From Candidatus Thorarchaeota archaeon (GTDB lineage Archaea; Asgardarchaeota; Thorarchaeia; Thorarchaeales; Thorarchaeaceae): a stretch of 28,563 nucleotides of DNA. Below are positions 1 to 10,155 of this stretch, piece by piece. The position numbers and the translations under genes are program-made. The DNA is taken from positions 1 through 28,563 of the forward strand of contig PRDJ01000024.1 of the NCBI GenBank assembly GCA_003345555.1, in the 5' to 3' direction. Every line of letters starts with the position of its first letter. The first letter of the stretch is position 1. Below the pieces are notes generated by a model. The model was given only the letters and a program-made list of their open reading frames with translations, ran no database searches and was not told the origin of the DNA.

Positions 1-2
1 AC

Positions 3-248
3 CTTTTGCCAACTATGATCATCGGCATCCTTGCCTTCACTGGCAGCATCCTCCAATATGGCGGCCTGTTTGGTTTCATCGTTATGGCAATCCCATTCAG
101 TCAAGCAATTGTGTTCCTCAACGGCGTTCTTTCTGGAGTCGCCACTCCGATGAGCCTTGCATTCAATGTTCTCTACATGTTGGGCTTCACGGCCGTCTTT
201 CTCATCATCGGTGCAAAGCTATTCGAGAGAGAAGCCATAATCAGCTAG
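3..248 (+). CDS. C-terminal fragment of a membrane protein, probably an ABC-2 type transporter permease (5' end outside the window)
   Basis: The frame is open from the window edge and encodes hydrophobic helices. The segment IPFSQAIVFLNGVL...YMLGFTAVFLIIGAKLFERE resembles ABC-2 permease C-termini. Confidence 0.6.
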   Translation, partial: LLPTMIIGILAFTGSILQYGGLFGFIVMAIPFSQAIVFLNGVLSGVATPMSLAFNVLYMLGFTAVFLIIGAKLFEREAIIS

Positions 249-312
249 CAGACTCAATCAAATGGCGGGTCCGAAGACAGCACAAACAAACCAAGTTGAG
301 AACAAACAGGGA

Positions 313-1710
313 TTAGCCAACGGGCCATTTTGTCTCTATTCTCACACCTGCTCGAGACAGCAGTTCAGTTTGCCGCTCATTAGCCTCATCCATGATTTCG
401 GCTTCGTTCAATGTCAAGAGATGCTTTCTCTTCATTAGAAGACTGCCGTTGACCACAACGGTATCCACGCACTTGCCGCTGGCCGCATACACGAGATTGG
501 AGACGGGATTGCATGCGGGTGTCAAGCCGATGTCTCTCATGTCAACGAGGATTAGGTCAGCAAGCTTGCCCGATTCCAGTGACCCTATTTTGGTCTCGAG
601 GCCAAGGGCTACTGCTCCTCCAATTGTCGCCATTTCTAGGACCTCCTCTGCGCTGACAACAGTTGGATTATTCTGAACGGATTTGTGCATCAGGGCGGCC
701 AAGCGCATCTCTCTTATCATGTCGTAGGTGTTGTTGCTTGGTCCTCCATCGCAACCAAGTGAAACCGGGACACCAAGTCTCAGCATCTCGGGTATTCTAG
801 CAAAGCCTGACGCCAGCTTCATGTTGCTAGCTGGACAATGAGACACATTGGACTTGGTCTCGGCTAGGTTCTTCAAGTCTGCATCATCTAAGTGCACACC
901 ATGTGCAAACACGATGCTTGGCCCCAAGAGACCCATGTCCTTCGCGAAGCTAGTCAGGTTGGGGTAGTTCTTCTGCTTAGCATATCGGACATCATCTAAG
1001 ACCTCGCCCAGATGCATTGTCATTCTCATTCCGTGAGCCTTTGACCTCTGAACAACCTCCTTGAAGAGGTCTGTGCTCACCGCCCCCAAAGAGCGAAGCC
1101 CGTACCAGATCTGAATTCGGCCATCCGATTTGCCGCGCCACTTCGCAAACATTGAGTCTGCTTCCTTCAGTGACGCCTCCTTCTCCTCGACCATACCCGG
1201 ATACATGATATCGGGGTTGTCGGCATAACCCGTAGAGTCCATGACGATCTTTGATAGCGCAGCCCGCATGCCTGCCTCCTCTACGGCTTTCGCGATTCCA
1301 TCAAACCCATATCGGGTGTGAATCATGCATTCAACAAAGGAAGTTGTGCCGGTCCTGATCATCTCAGCCATACATAGCTTAGCGGAGGCCCTACCATCCT
1401 CCAGAGTGAAGTTACCCTGCAGCACCCATACACGATTCTTCAGCCAGTCTACGAGCGCCACGTCGTCAGCGCAACCCCTCAGTAGGGCTTGAGCAAGGTG
1501 GACGTGGGTATCTATCAGCCCTGGCATGACTAGCATGTTCTTTGCGTTTATTACTGTCTCTGCATGATGCCCTCGAATCCTGTCAGTCTTATCCACATTG
1601 ATAATCTTGTTGTCCTCTACCAGTACTGCACCATCGCGAATAATCCGTCTCTCTGGATTCATTGTGACAACATAACCATTCTTGATGAGAAGCGACGCTT
1701 GAGTCGGCAA
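313..1710 (-). CDS. Metal-dependent amidohydrolase/deaminase (MtaD/SsnA/guanine-deaminase-like); substrate uncertain
   Basis: Amidohydrolase motifs PGLIDTHVHL (HxH), HLGE, AHGVH, HCPASNMKL and LGCDG are present. The likely start is TTG at 1710 (MPTQASLLIKNG); the frame is open to 1734. Confidence 0.85.
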   Translation of the reverse strand: MPTQASLLIKNGYVVTMNPERRIIRDGAVLVEDNKIINVDKTDRIRGHHAETVINAKNMLVMPGLIDTHVHLAQALLRGCADDVALVDWLKNRVWVLQGNFTLEDGRASAKLCMAEMIRTGTTSFVECMIHTRYGFDGIAKAVEEAGMRAALSKIVMDSTGYADNPDIMYPGMVEEKEASLKEADSMFAKWRGKSDGRIQIWYGLRSLGAVSTDLFKEVVQRSKAHGMRMTMHLGEVLDDVRYAKQKNYPNLTSFAKDMGLLGPSIVFAHGVHLDDADLKNLAETKSNVSHCPASNMKLASGFARIPEMLRLGVPVSLGCDGGPSNNTYDMIREMRLAALMHKSVQNNPTVVSAEEVLEMATIGGAVALGLETKIGSLESGKLADLILVDMRDIGLTPACNPVSNLVYAASGKCVDTVVVNGSLLMKRKHLLTLNEAEIMDEANERQTELLSRAGVRIETKWPVG

Positions 1711-1779
1711 CTTCCAATCCCAGCTTACCCGCAAATCCGCGCGGGCATGAACATAATGATTGTGGTGAGCCGGGCTTTA

Positions 1780-3588
1780 CTACTGGGACATCACCAAGAA
1801 GCGGACGCGGACTTCGAGCCCCTGTTCAGGGCTGCCTGCTACTCTATCTTTGGCTTCGACCCAAGCACCATATTTGTCAGCAAGTCTGTGGACAAGGTGG
1901 AGACCAACACCACCATATCGACGCCTAGGGTCGAAGAACTGCCTCTTCTTCGAGTCAGAGAGACCCGGACCGTTGTCAGCGATTCGCAGCTCGAACGTAC
2001 TCCCGGAGAACTCTCCATTTATCCATAGGTGCTTGTCAGGAGACGAGTTGTGCTTAACGGCATTCTCCATCAGGTTCCATAGGAGGTGGTTAAGCGAGCT
2101 GTCAGCCAATATGTAAAGATGCTCAGGGAGAAGACCGACCTCCGGTTCTACCCGATATTGTCTCGATAGCAGATGTATCTCAGCATCAAGCACGTCCATA
2201 AGATCGACAGTCACAAGCGGTTCGGCCTTTGCTTCCTCTGCCCTTCTGACCTTGTTTATGAGCTCAATGCACCTATTGGCGCCCTCAGTTACATAGCGTC
2301 TGGCATTCTCGACCTCTGGCGTGACTGAACCGTTGTCTAGAAGGTCCGCACCAGCAAGAATGAGTTGCAGTTGATTGCCAACGTCATGGAGAAGAAGATC
2401 GAGCAGAAACCTTGCTTCCTCTTCTGCGCTCTTCAACTCGGAGACATCCGTGAAGATCGCAAAGCTGCCAAAGTACTTCCCAACCGGGTCAAACAGAGGC
2501 GACGCAGCGACCATCGCGGGAACAAGTGCTCCGGACTTGCGGATGAGGTCTACATCGTAGTGTTCCACTCTGCCCGCACGTCGGGCTTTCATCTTTTCTT
2601 CGACGTCCTCTTTGGACCATCCATAAATCATGTCAGTTATCGGTCGACCCACAAGGTCCTCGCTCGAATCGTAACCTAGCATCCTGCATAATGCTGCATT
2701 CACAAGCACGATGCTACTCTTATCGTCATCTACGGCCAGTCCTGAATCCATTGTCTCAACAAGAGTCCGGTATCTATGCTCGCTAGTCTGCAGTCTACTT
2801 TCCCGGTCTCTCTCTTCTGTGGCGTCAACCGCCTGTGCTACCGTCTTAGTCTGACCTCGGCGACTCGTAATTGTTCGACTGGTGAATTCAACAATGCGAA
2901 GCGTGCCATCTTTGTGAGGGACCTTTATGTCATATTCTGCAGGAACCTGCTCTCCAGCTTGCCTCCGTCGGTACCTTTCTGCAGTGAGCGCAATACTATC
3001 GGGATGCAGAAACTCACGAAAATCATGTCCAAGTATCTCACTTCTACTAGTTCCCGTGATATCACAGAGTGCGTCGTTAGCGTATTCGATTTGATACTTA
3101 TCATCGATTACACATATGCCCACACTGGCATGCTCAACAAAGGCGCGAAGTAGATCCATTTCCTCTCCAATCTTCTCTTCCTTTGCTGCTCTACGCGATA
3201 GGTCAAATATGTAGGCCAGGAATCCGGTGACTCTGCTGCCAGACTTCAATGGTTGAGCAAAAACCTCCGTGAGAACCTGAACGCCATCTCTACGCAACAG
3301 CCTGAGGGACATGGAAGTAGGTTTTGCACCGGCGGCTAGTTGCTTCAGACCCTCATGGACCATTCGGACCTGCTCTGGAACGACAAGCTGATCTGCGTGA
3401 ACACCTGCTTCGATATCAGAAAGTTTCAGCCCGAGCAAGTCAAGAGCAGAACTATTGACATGCACAATATTCAGATTGGCATCGAGCTCGATGACTGCTA
3501 AGGGCATCTCTTCTGCAAGCTGCCTGAACTGAAAGGGGGCTAGACTTGTAGGTTTCGTCGGACTCGAGCCTTTCATGGAGGAATCCAC
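1780..3588 (-). CDS. Soluble sensor histidine kinase with three PAS domains
   Basis: Three PAS/PAC-like repeats are followed by an H-box (LLHDVGNQL), N-box (LMENAVKHN), G1 (IADNGPGL) and G2 (GGVGLHLV). No transmembrane segment is evident. An alternative ATG start lies at 3576. Confidence 0.9.
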   Translation of the reverse strand: MDSSMKGSSPTKPTSLAPFQFRQLAEEMPLAVIELDANLNIVHVNSSALDLLGLKLSDIEAGVHADQLVVPEQVRMVHEGLKQLAAGAKPTSMSLRLLRRDGVQVLTEVFAQPLKSGSRVTGFLAYIFDLSRRAAKEEKIGEEMDLLRAFVEHASVGICVIDDKYQIEYANDALCDITGTSRSEILGHDFREFLHPDSIALTAERYRRRQAGEQVPAEYDIKVPHKDGTLRIVEFTSRTITSRRGQTKTVAQAVDATEERDRESRLQTSEHRYRTLVETMDSGLAVDDDKSSIVLVNAALCRMLGYDSSEDLVGRPITDMIYGWSKEDVEEKMKARRAGRVEHYDVDLIRKSGALVPAMVAASPLFDPVGKYFGSFAIFTDVSELKSAEEEARFLLDLLLHDVGNQLQLILAGADLLDNGSVTPEVENARRYVTEGANRCIELINKVRRAEEAKAEPLVTVDLMDVLDAEIHLLSRQYRVEPEVGLLPEHLYILADSSLNHLLWNLMENAVKHNSSPDKHLWINGEFSGSTFELRIADNGPGLSDSKKRQFFDPRRRYGGVGLHLVHRLADKYGAWVEAKDRVAGSPEQGLEVRVRFLVMSQ

Positions 3589-3747
3589 TCTAGAACTACT
3601 TCAGATGCGTGTCAGCTCACGACGCGCAAACCAGCGGACAGTCAACATAAACAGCACTTTAGTACTTTCTCGTGATGAAGGGCAGGCATACAATAACAAT
3701 ATCTTAAATGGACAGATGACCTGTGCTCAGAGGCTGCGCTGCGACTC

Positions 3748-4251
3748 TTGGAGCGTTCTGAAGGCTTGAGCAACATCCTTGTCATCGATTTGGGACTATG
3801 TACCGGGTGCCGGAATTGCGAACTTGCTTGCAGCCAAAAACACACGTCAACCTTCAATCCCCGTAGGTCAAGAATCCAGGTGCTCAAAGACGAATCGAGG
3901 AATGTCATCCTTCCTCTCGTATGCCTGCACTGCGAAGTTCCTCTCTGTGCGGGAGCATGCCCGACCAGTGCCATCATCAAGGATGATGCTGGAACATTGG
4001 TTGTTGATACAAAGAAGTGTGTGGGCTGTTCTGATTGTGTGACTGCGTGCGTCTATGGTGGAGTCGTACTAGATCCTATGACTCAGAGAGCCATAAAATG
4101 CGACCTATGTAGTGGTGACCCAGCGTGTGTAAAGGCATGCCAATACGGGGCAATCACAATGCTGCCCAGAGAATTACGTGGACTTCGAGGAAGGTACGAG
4201 GGGACGAAGAGAGTATTGCAGTCCTATCTCCTCATTGAGGAGGGGACCTGA
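3748..4251 (+). CDS. 4Fe-4S dicluster (DmsB/HycB-like) electron-transfer subunit of AOR-1
   Basis: Cys motifs CTGCRNCELAC, CLHCEVPLCAGACP, CVGCSDCVTAC and CDLCSGDPACVKAC. The gene ends 2 nt before AOR-1. Confidence 0.9.
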   Translation: MERSEGLSNILVIDLGLCTGCRNCELACSQKHTSTFNPRRSRIQVLKDESRNVILPLVCLHCEVPLCAGACPTSAIIKDDAGTLVVDTKKCVGCSDCVTACVYGGVVLDPMTQRAIKCDLCSGDPACVKACQYGAITMLPRELRGLRGRYEGTKRVLQSYLLIEEGT

Positions 4252-4253
4252 GG

Positions 4254-6197
4254 ATGCCGTTCCCGTACAAGGGGTATGCAGGTTACTACCTTGAAGTCGA
4301 CCTGACAAAGGGGAATCTCTACAAGCGAGAAATGGAGAAAGAGTGGGCAAGGCGGTATCTTGGTGGAACTGGTATAGCCGCTCAAATCCTATGGGAGCGG
4401 ACAGGTCCTCAAACCGAACCGCTCTCACCTGAGAATGTCCTTGTCGCAGCAACGGGGCCCCTTACCGGTGTCATGTTCTCGCCCTCAGGCAGGATGATGT
4501 TTGCTTCAAGGGGACCCCTCACGGGCATATGGGCCGAGAGTCATGTGGGCGGGTTCTTTGGTCCCGAAATGAAGTATGCCGGGTTTGATGTTGTCATCAT
4601 ACATGGAAGATCCTCAAAGCCGGTCTACCTTTACTTGTGCGACGGAAAGGCGGAGCTGCGTAATGCATCAGATCTCTGGGGCCGAGAGACAGATACTACA
4701 ATTCAGATGATTCGCGAAGAGCACAAGGATCCCTCGATAGAGACGGCCGTCATAGGACCAGCTGGCGAGAATCAAGTGCTCTTCGGATGCATCAGTGTCG
4801 ATGCGCACCGCTCTGCGGGCCGAACTGGACTTGGAGCAGTAATGGGTTTCAAGAATCTCAAAGGAATTGTTGCGAGCGGCTCATTTGGCCTTGAAGCCTA
4901 TAATACGGAGGCCTACCTGAAAGCGAATGAGCAGGAGACGGCAAAGCTCAAGGACCCATTGTGGAAAGAATCCATTGCATCATTGAAGGATTACGGCACC
5001 ACCGGTCTCGTCACCATGATCAACGAAATCGGCAGGCTTCCCACCAAGAATCACTGGACAGGTTTCTATGAAGAAGCAGAGCAAATCGGCCCTGAAGCAA
5101 TCTCGCGCGGGTATAGGATTGCGGAGGAAGCATGCTACGGGTGTTCGATAGGGTGCAAGTATGTCTATAGAATCAAGGAGGGAAGATTCGCAATCGGACC
5201 TGTCGGGGGTCCAGAGTATGAGACCATCATGGCCTTCGGCTCCAACTGTCTCAATAGCAACCTCCAATCCATACTGTATCTGGGAACGAGATGCGATCGC
5301 CTTGGCATGGACACAATATCATGTGGAAAGACTATTGGTTTCGCCATGGAGTTGTGGGAGAAGGGAATACTCACATCCAAGGACACCGGAGGGCTCGACC
5401 TCACGTGGGGAAACGTGGACTCGATGGTCAAGCTTGTAGAAATGATTTCGAAGAAGGAAGGGATTGGGGCTATCCTGAGCCAGGGAACAAGACTGGCCGC
5501 AGAAAAGATTGGAGGTGATGCGGCAACCTATGCTATCCATTCAAAGGGCTTGGAGGCTTCAGGACAGGATCCGCGGGCGCACCAATCGGTTGGACTCACA
5601 TATGCCACCAACGTCAGAGGAGCAGATCATCTCAGGAGTCTCTCAAGCTTGGAGGAACTCGGCTATCCTGATGTTATCATCAAGAGATTCGGAAAGGACA
5701 AGTTTAAGGAGATAATGAAGATTACATCACCAATTCACAAGGGTGAGGTGATCAAGGACATAGAGGACCTGTATGCCCTCGTCGACTCAGCAGTAATATG
5801 CAAGTACGGAACAATGTGGCCCCCGGTTTATTACTTTGACACTTTTGTGAATGTCATCCCGCCTCTCACAGGCATGGCAGAGTGGGGCGACCCAAGAATC
5901 GTTCGTGAAGCTGCAGAGAGGATCTGTCATCTTAGGAGAGCATACAATCACCGACTTGGTATAACAAGGAAACAAGAAACGCTGCCAAAGAGGCTTCTTT
6001 CAGACCCCATGCCCACAGGACCAGCAAAGGGCGGATTTCCGCAACTGGATTACATGCTTGATGAATACTATAAGTTCCGAGGCTGTGACACTAAGACGGG
6101 TCTCCCCAAGAAGGAGACTCTGATTCGATTAGACATGGGTCCGGTCGCCAAGGAACTTGAGGCTAGGAAAATGCTTGCACCCGCACAATCCGCCTAG
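4254..6197 (+). CDS. aor: Tungsten aldehyde:ferredoxin oxidoreductase family protein (AOR-1)
   Basis: Family motifs YAGYYLEVDL, GPAGEN, GRTGLGAVMGxKNLK, ACYGCSIGC, GPEYET, GMDTIS, RGADH and DSAVIC. Confidence 0.92.
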   Translation: MPFPYKGYAGYYLEVDLTKGNLYKREMEKEWARRYLGGTGIAAQILWERTGPQTEPLSPENVLVAATGPLTGVMFSPSGRMMFASRGPLTGIWAESHVGGFFGPEMKYAGFDVVIIHGRSSKPVYLYLCDGKAELRNASDLWGRETDTTIQMIREEHKDPSIETAVIGPAGENQVLFGCISVDAHRSAGRTGLGAVMGFKNLKGIVASGSFGLEAYNTEAYLKANEQETAKLKDPLWKESIASLKDYGTTGLVTMINEIGRLPTKNHWTGFYEEAEQIGPEAISRGYRIAEEACYGCSIGCKYVYRIKEGRFAIGPVGGPEYETIMAFGSNCLNSNLQSILYLGTRCDRLGMDTISCGKTIGFAMELWEKGILTSKDTGGLDLTWGNVDSMVKLVEMISKKEGIGAILSQGTRLAAEKIGGDAATYAIHSKGLEASGQDPRAHQSVGLTYATNVRGADHLRSLSSLEELGYPDVIIKRFGKDKFKEIMKITSPIHKGEVIKDIEDLYALVDSAVICKYGTMWPPVYYFDTFVNVIPPLTGMAEWGDPRIVREAAERICHLRRAYNHRLGITRKQETLPKRLLSDPMPTGPAKGGFPQLDYMLDEYYKFRGCDTKTGLPKKETLIRLDMGPVAKELEARKMLAPAQSA

Positions 6198-6240
6198 GGT
6201 GCAATATGGCAGAACTCTTATGTCAGATGCATCTTGAGAA

Positions 6241-7341
6241 TTGACCATGGCAGACCTCGCCGTAACAATAGCCGGGATTCAGTTCAAGAATCCGGTCCTG
6301 ACAGCAGCTGGCCCCACAACACGTGATGGAGAATCTCTCTTGAAGGCCGCTTCAGGAGGAGCGGGCGGTCTCGTAACCAAGACTGTAAGCGTCAAACCTG
6401 CGGCCGTGGCTAAACCGAACATGGCAGTCTTGCAGCCCGGCAAAGTTGGATCCAGGCGTGGAATGTTGAACGCTGAACTGTGGAGCGAACTCCCGCTTGA
6501 TAGGTGGATTAAGTATGAATACCCATTGGCACTTGGTTCGGGTTTGCCTGTGATAGCAAGCATTGGATACACACCTCAGGAAGTCTCGCAGATTGGGCCC
6601 ATGGTCGAGGAGGCGGGGGTCAGTGCCATTGAATTCAGCACTCACTATGTCGGGGGCCACAAGGAGATTGCCAAGACTCTGAGAGACTGTGTCTCAATCC
6701 CCATATTCGCTAAGCTTAGTCCACAGGTCGATGTGGCAAAGGTCGCCAAAGAACTCGAGCAAAGTGTCGACGGAATCGTAGCGATTAACACGCTGGGGCC
6801 TTGTCTACATATCGACATTGAGACAGGTAGACCTGTGCTTGGGGGCGAGAAGGGCTATGGTTGGCTGAGCGGGGCCGCAATCAAGCCTCTTGCGCTCAGA
6901 TGCGTTGCAGACATTGCACAGACTGTCAAGATACCAGTCATTGCAGTTGGCGGAGTGATGAGCGGCGAGGACGCAGTGGAGTTCTTTATGGCTGGCGCCT
7001 CGGCGGTCCAAGTCTGCACGGCAGCAATACTTGACGGACCGAGCGTATATGGGAAGATATCAACGGAGATTGGCGATTGGCTAGACAAGCACGGTCACAA
7101 GTCTATCGAGTCAATTCGTGGTCTTGCACTCAGCAGTATTGGCAAGACGACTGCGTTCACCTACCCGCCCACAGTAGATACTGCAAGATGTAATTTCTGT
7201 GGCCTATGCTCTAAGTCGTGTGTCTACTCTGCCATATCCGTAAACAAAGAAAAGGAATTCTTTCAGATTGACCGGAAGAAATGTGCTGCATGTGGACTGT
7301 GTGTAGCGATTTGTCCTCAGTCTGCTCTCAGCGCTAGCTAA
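6241..7341 (+). CDS. PreA-like protein (dihydropyrimidine dehydrogenase subunit / dihydroorotate dehydrogenase class 1 FMN barrel plus C-terminal 2x[4Fe-4S] domain) with a non-canonical active site
   Basis: Motifs KNPVLTAAGP, VTKT, GMLNAELWSE, AINTL, GWLSGAAIKP and VGGV...AVQVCTA. C-terminal CNFCGLCSKSC and CAACGLCVAICP. EFSTHY replaces the ELNxSCP motif. An alternative ATG start lies at 6247. Confidence 0.8.
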   Translation: MTMADLAVTIAGIQFKNPVLTAAGPTTRDGESLLKAASGGAGGLVTKTVSVKPAAVAKPNMAVLQPGKVGSRRGMLNAELWSELPLDRWIKYEYPLALGSGLPVIASIGYTPQEVSQIGPMVEEAGVSAIEFSTHYVGGHKEIAKTLRDCVSIPIFAKLSPQVDVAKVAKELEQSVDGIVAINTLGPCLHIDIETGRPVLGGEKGYGWLSGAAIKPLALRCVADIAQTVKIPVIAVGGVMSGEDAVEFFMAGASAVQVCTAAILDGPSVYGKISTEIGDWLDKHGHKSIESIRGLALSSIGKTTAFTYPPTVDTARCNFCGLCSKSCVYSAISVNKEKEFFQIDRKKCAACGLCVAICPQSALSAS

Positions 7342-7357
7342 CAGAAGCTGTTGGGCC

Positions 7358-8542
7358 TCACAGTGATATCACGTCATCCAACCCTAGCGTTAGGCGTTTG
7401 GCCTTTCCTTTCGTTACGGCATAGTCATTCTCAACACGAATTCCGCCTACCGCCTTGAGATAGACGCCCGGTTCGATGGCCATGACGTGTCCTTCAGAAA
7501 ACCTGTTGGCATATCGGTACATGCTGGGGTTCTCATGAACCTCAAGGCCAATACCGTGACCCAAGCCGTGCATCATACCTTCAGTCGCGGAGGGGTTGAG
7601 ACGTCTTGAGTCGAAACCGCGATTCTTCAAAACGTGGAAACACGCCATGTTGACATCATCAATTACAGCTCCGTCTCTTAGAGCATCGATAGCTGCATCA
7701 CCGGCCTCCATTACTGACTCGTACATCACTCGAACCTTGTCGCTGAGAGAGCCCTTGACAACTGTGCGGGTGACATCAGCCACGTAGCGGTCAAGCTTGA
7801 GCCTAGGGTAAACGTCTATGATTACAGGTTCACCTGCTTTGAGCAGATCTTTTGGAGCACCCAAGTAATGCCAGTCGAAGGCCTTTCGTCCCACAGCAAC
7901 AATCGTGTCTTCGGCCGACTCGGCACTTCTCTCGAGCTGGGCACGTTCAAGAGCCAATTTGATGTCGTTCACAGTGAGAGGCACTCCACGATGGAGCAGT
8001 GTCTTGTTCGGACCGACCTTTGATTCCTTTATCATTTGAATGGCCTGCGACACACTCTCGATTGTGGCATCTCCTGCCCTCTTGATTGCCTTAATCTCCG
8101 TACTCGACTTGGTAGCACGAGCATCCTTGAGCAAATTGGGAACAACCTTGACTGCATACCCCAGCTGCTGAATTGCCACAAGTACCCTTGCAGGGATGTG
8201 GTCCGGCACACCCACGACCTTGCCAGTGAACATCTTTCTCATGATGTCTCCGTACACCACATCGGGGCAGTCTTCTGCTCTCTTGTTCTGCCTCATGAGT
8301 TGAGTGAGTAGGTCCGTGAGATCGTATGTGCGTGTGACGAAGCTCTCTTTGTGAATGCGATCCAGTGTATTGAATCCTGCAGCTACCAAGCCGTTGTCGC
8401 CTCGGGCCTTGAAGTAAGTAATCTGGTCAGGAGACCGAAAGCCAGTCAACCAGTATATGTCCGGAGTCGTGAATGCATTACCCTCGACAACGATAGCATC
8501 GATACCTGCGGCTTCCATCAGTGGGTCTAGGTCTTCAAGCAT
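7358..8542 (-). CDS. M24 family Xaa-Pro peptidase
   Basis: The metal-ligand motifs IIDV...ADVTRT, HGLGHGIGLEVHE, IEPGVY and GIRVEND are all intact. Confidence 0.88.
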   Translation of the reverse strand: MLEDLDPLMEAAGIDAIVVEGNAFTTPDIYWLTGFRSPDQITYFKARGDNGLVAAGFNTLDRIHKESFVTRTYDLTDLLTQLMRQNKRAEDCPDVVYGDIMRKMFTGKVVGVPDHIPARVLVAIQQLGYAVKVVPNLLKDARATKSSTEIKAIKRAGDATIESVSQAIQMIKESKVGPNKTLLHRGVPLTVNDIKLALERAQLERSAESAEDTIVAVGRKAFDWHYLGAPKDLLKAGEPVIIDVYPRLKLDRYVADVTRTVVKGSLSDKVRVMYESVMEAGDAAIDALRDGAVIDDVNMACFHVLKNRGFDSRRLNPSATEGMMHGLGHGIGLEVHENPSMYRYANRFSEGHVMAIEPGVYLKAVGGIRVENDYAVTKGKAKRLTLGLDDVISL

Positions 8543-8730
8543 TGGATGTCCTCAGAAAGAGACCTCAGACAGGAGCGAATGAAAAAGCCTTCCATTGATG
8601 AGTACGTGTAGAAGGAACCCCGATTCTGATTCTCCTCTTCTTGAGTGAAACTCACCGGGACAACGTCGAAGGGGGAAGTTGTTATATCAGGCTTCCGGGG
8701 GAGGTGAGAACAACTAACGGTGATCCAAGC

Positions 8731-10155
8731 TTGAGGATACTGTTTGTAGAGCCGCCCAAAGTCTTCTGGTTCGTGATGGGTGAGTACCTTCCCCCTCCGC
8801 TAGGGATTCTGAACCTCGCAGCGTATTTGCGGCGTCATGATTCCAATCTCGACATAGAGGTTCTTGATTGTCAGGCAGAGGGAATTGACTGGAGAGCCTT
8901 AGAGGGACGGATTGAGGCCTTTGGACCAGACGTGGTAGCACCTAGCTCCCTTACTACATGTAACGCATACAGGGGACTCAGAATCGCTGAACTCGCAAAG
9001 AAGATCAATCCCGACACAACTACGATTGTAGGGGGACAGCACTATACTGCCTTGGCCGAAGAAACACTTGAAATCTATCCAGAGATTGACGTGGTCGTAA
9101 GAGGAGAGGGGGAGCAAACCTTGGCAGAAGTGATAGACGCTCTGAAAGGAAACCACAATCTATCGCAGGTCAAAGGAATCTCTTTCAGGAAGAACAGGAC
9201 AATCACGACGACACCGGATCGTCCGCTCATTGAGAACTTGGATGACCTGCCTCTTCCGGGATACGATTTTGTTGAGAAGCAAATGAAGAAGTACCATTTC
9301 TCATTGATGGCAGGCGCAAATACCCCCTACGCGCTCATTGAGGCCTCGAGGGGCTGCCCTCATGATTGCTCTTTCTGCTCGCAATGCGCGTTTTGGCAAT
9401 GGCAATGGAGGCTCAAGTCTCCCAAACGGATTGCTGATGAGTTCGAGTACTGCTATACCAAGTTTGGCACACGGTTCTTTTGGTTGACCGACGATAACTT
9501 CGGCCTTGGCCCAAGAACGCGAGAACTATGTGGCGAGATTCAGAAGAGAGGAATTGCGGATGATATCATGTGGTTCATGCAGGCACGATGTGATGATATT
9601 GTCAATCAGCAGGACACTCTGCCATTACTGCGGAAGTCCGGATTGATGTGGATATTGGCAGGCGTCGAGAGTCATAGCCCGGAGATACTGAAGTCATTCA
9701 ACAAAGGAATCGAGCCCTCCATGTCAAAGGAGGCATTTCGTCTCCTGAAACTCAGCGACATCTTCGCGCAAGCCACACTAATCATAGGGTCACGCAGCGA
9801 TTCTCACGAAACAATTCGAGGACTTCGAGCCTATGTCAATGATCTTGACCCTGATCTCGCAATATTCATGGCTCTTACGCCATTTCCAGGAACTGCATTC
9901 TACGATGAAGCCAAGAGGAATGGCTGGATAGAAGATACGAACTGGGCGCACTACGACATGGCACATGCAATCATGCCAACTGAACATCTTACGCGTGCGG
10001 AAGTACAAGAGGAGCTCTATCACTGTTTCCGTGGTTTCTATGGGTCATGGAACAGAAGAATGACCGGACTGTTTTCACGTAACAAACTCAAGAGGAGAAC
10101 ATACAGATACATGGCACGGCAAGGAGTCCTCCAGGCATTACGAGGTATGTTCTAG
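8731..10155 (+). CDS. Cobalamin-binding (class B, BchE-like) radical SAM protein
   Basis: N-terminal B12-binding domain (PPLGILNLAAYL, IVGGQH, VVRGEGE) and CxxxCxxC motif (GCPHDCSFC). The likely start is TTG at 8731, after GGTGA at 8719-8723; the ORF track start at 8641 is probably too long. Confidence 0.88.
   Translation: MRILFVEPPKVFWFVMGEYLPPPLGILNLAAYLRRHDSNLDIEVLDCQAEGIDWRALEGRIEAFGPDVVAPSSLTTCNAYRGLRIAELAKKINPDTTTIVGGQHYTALAEETLEIYPEIDVVVRGEGEQTLAEVIDALKGNHNLSQVKGISFRKNRTITTTPDRPLIENLDDLPLPGYDFVEKQMKKYHFSLMAGANTPYALIEASRGCPHDCSFCSQCAFWQWQWRLKSPKRIADEFEYCYTKFGTRFFWLTDDNFGLGPRTRELCGEIQKRGIADDIMWFMQARCDDIVNQQDTLPLLRKSGLMWILAGVESHSPEILKSFNKGIEPSMSKEAFRLLKLSDIFAQATLIIGSRSDSHETIRGLRAYVNDLDPDLAIFMALTPFPGTAFYDEAKRNGWIEDTNWAHYDMAHAIMPTEHLTRAEVQEELYHCFRGFYGSWNRRMTGLFSRNKLKRRTYRYMARQGVLQALRGMF

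Noticed and set aside
4843-4860. AOR-1 GAVMGFKNLK instead of the usual GAVMGSKxLK
   Set aside because: A single TCC-to-TTC change would explain it and the Lys is retained. It cannot be distinguished from a neutral variant or read error.
7358-8542. M24 protein as a creatinase belonging to the heterocycle cluster
   Set aside because: All five metal ligands of Xaa-Pro peptidases are intact, whereas creatinases lack them. The gene is also convergent with, not part of, the operon.
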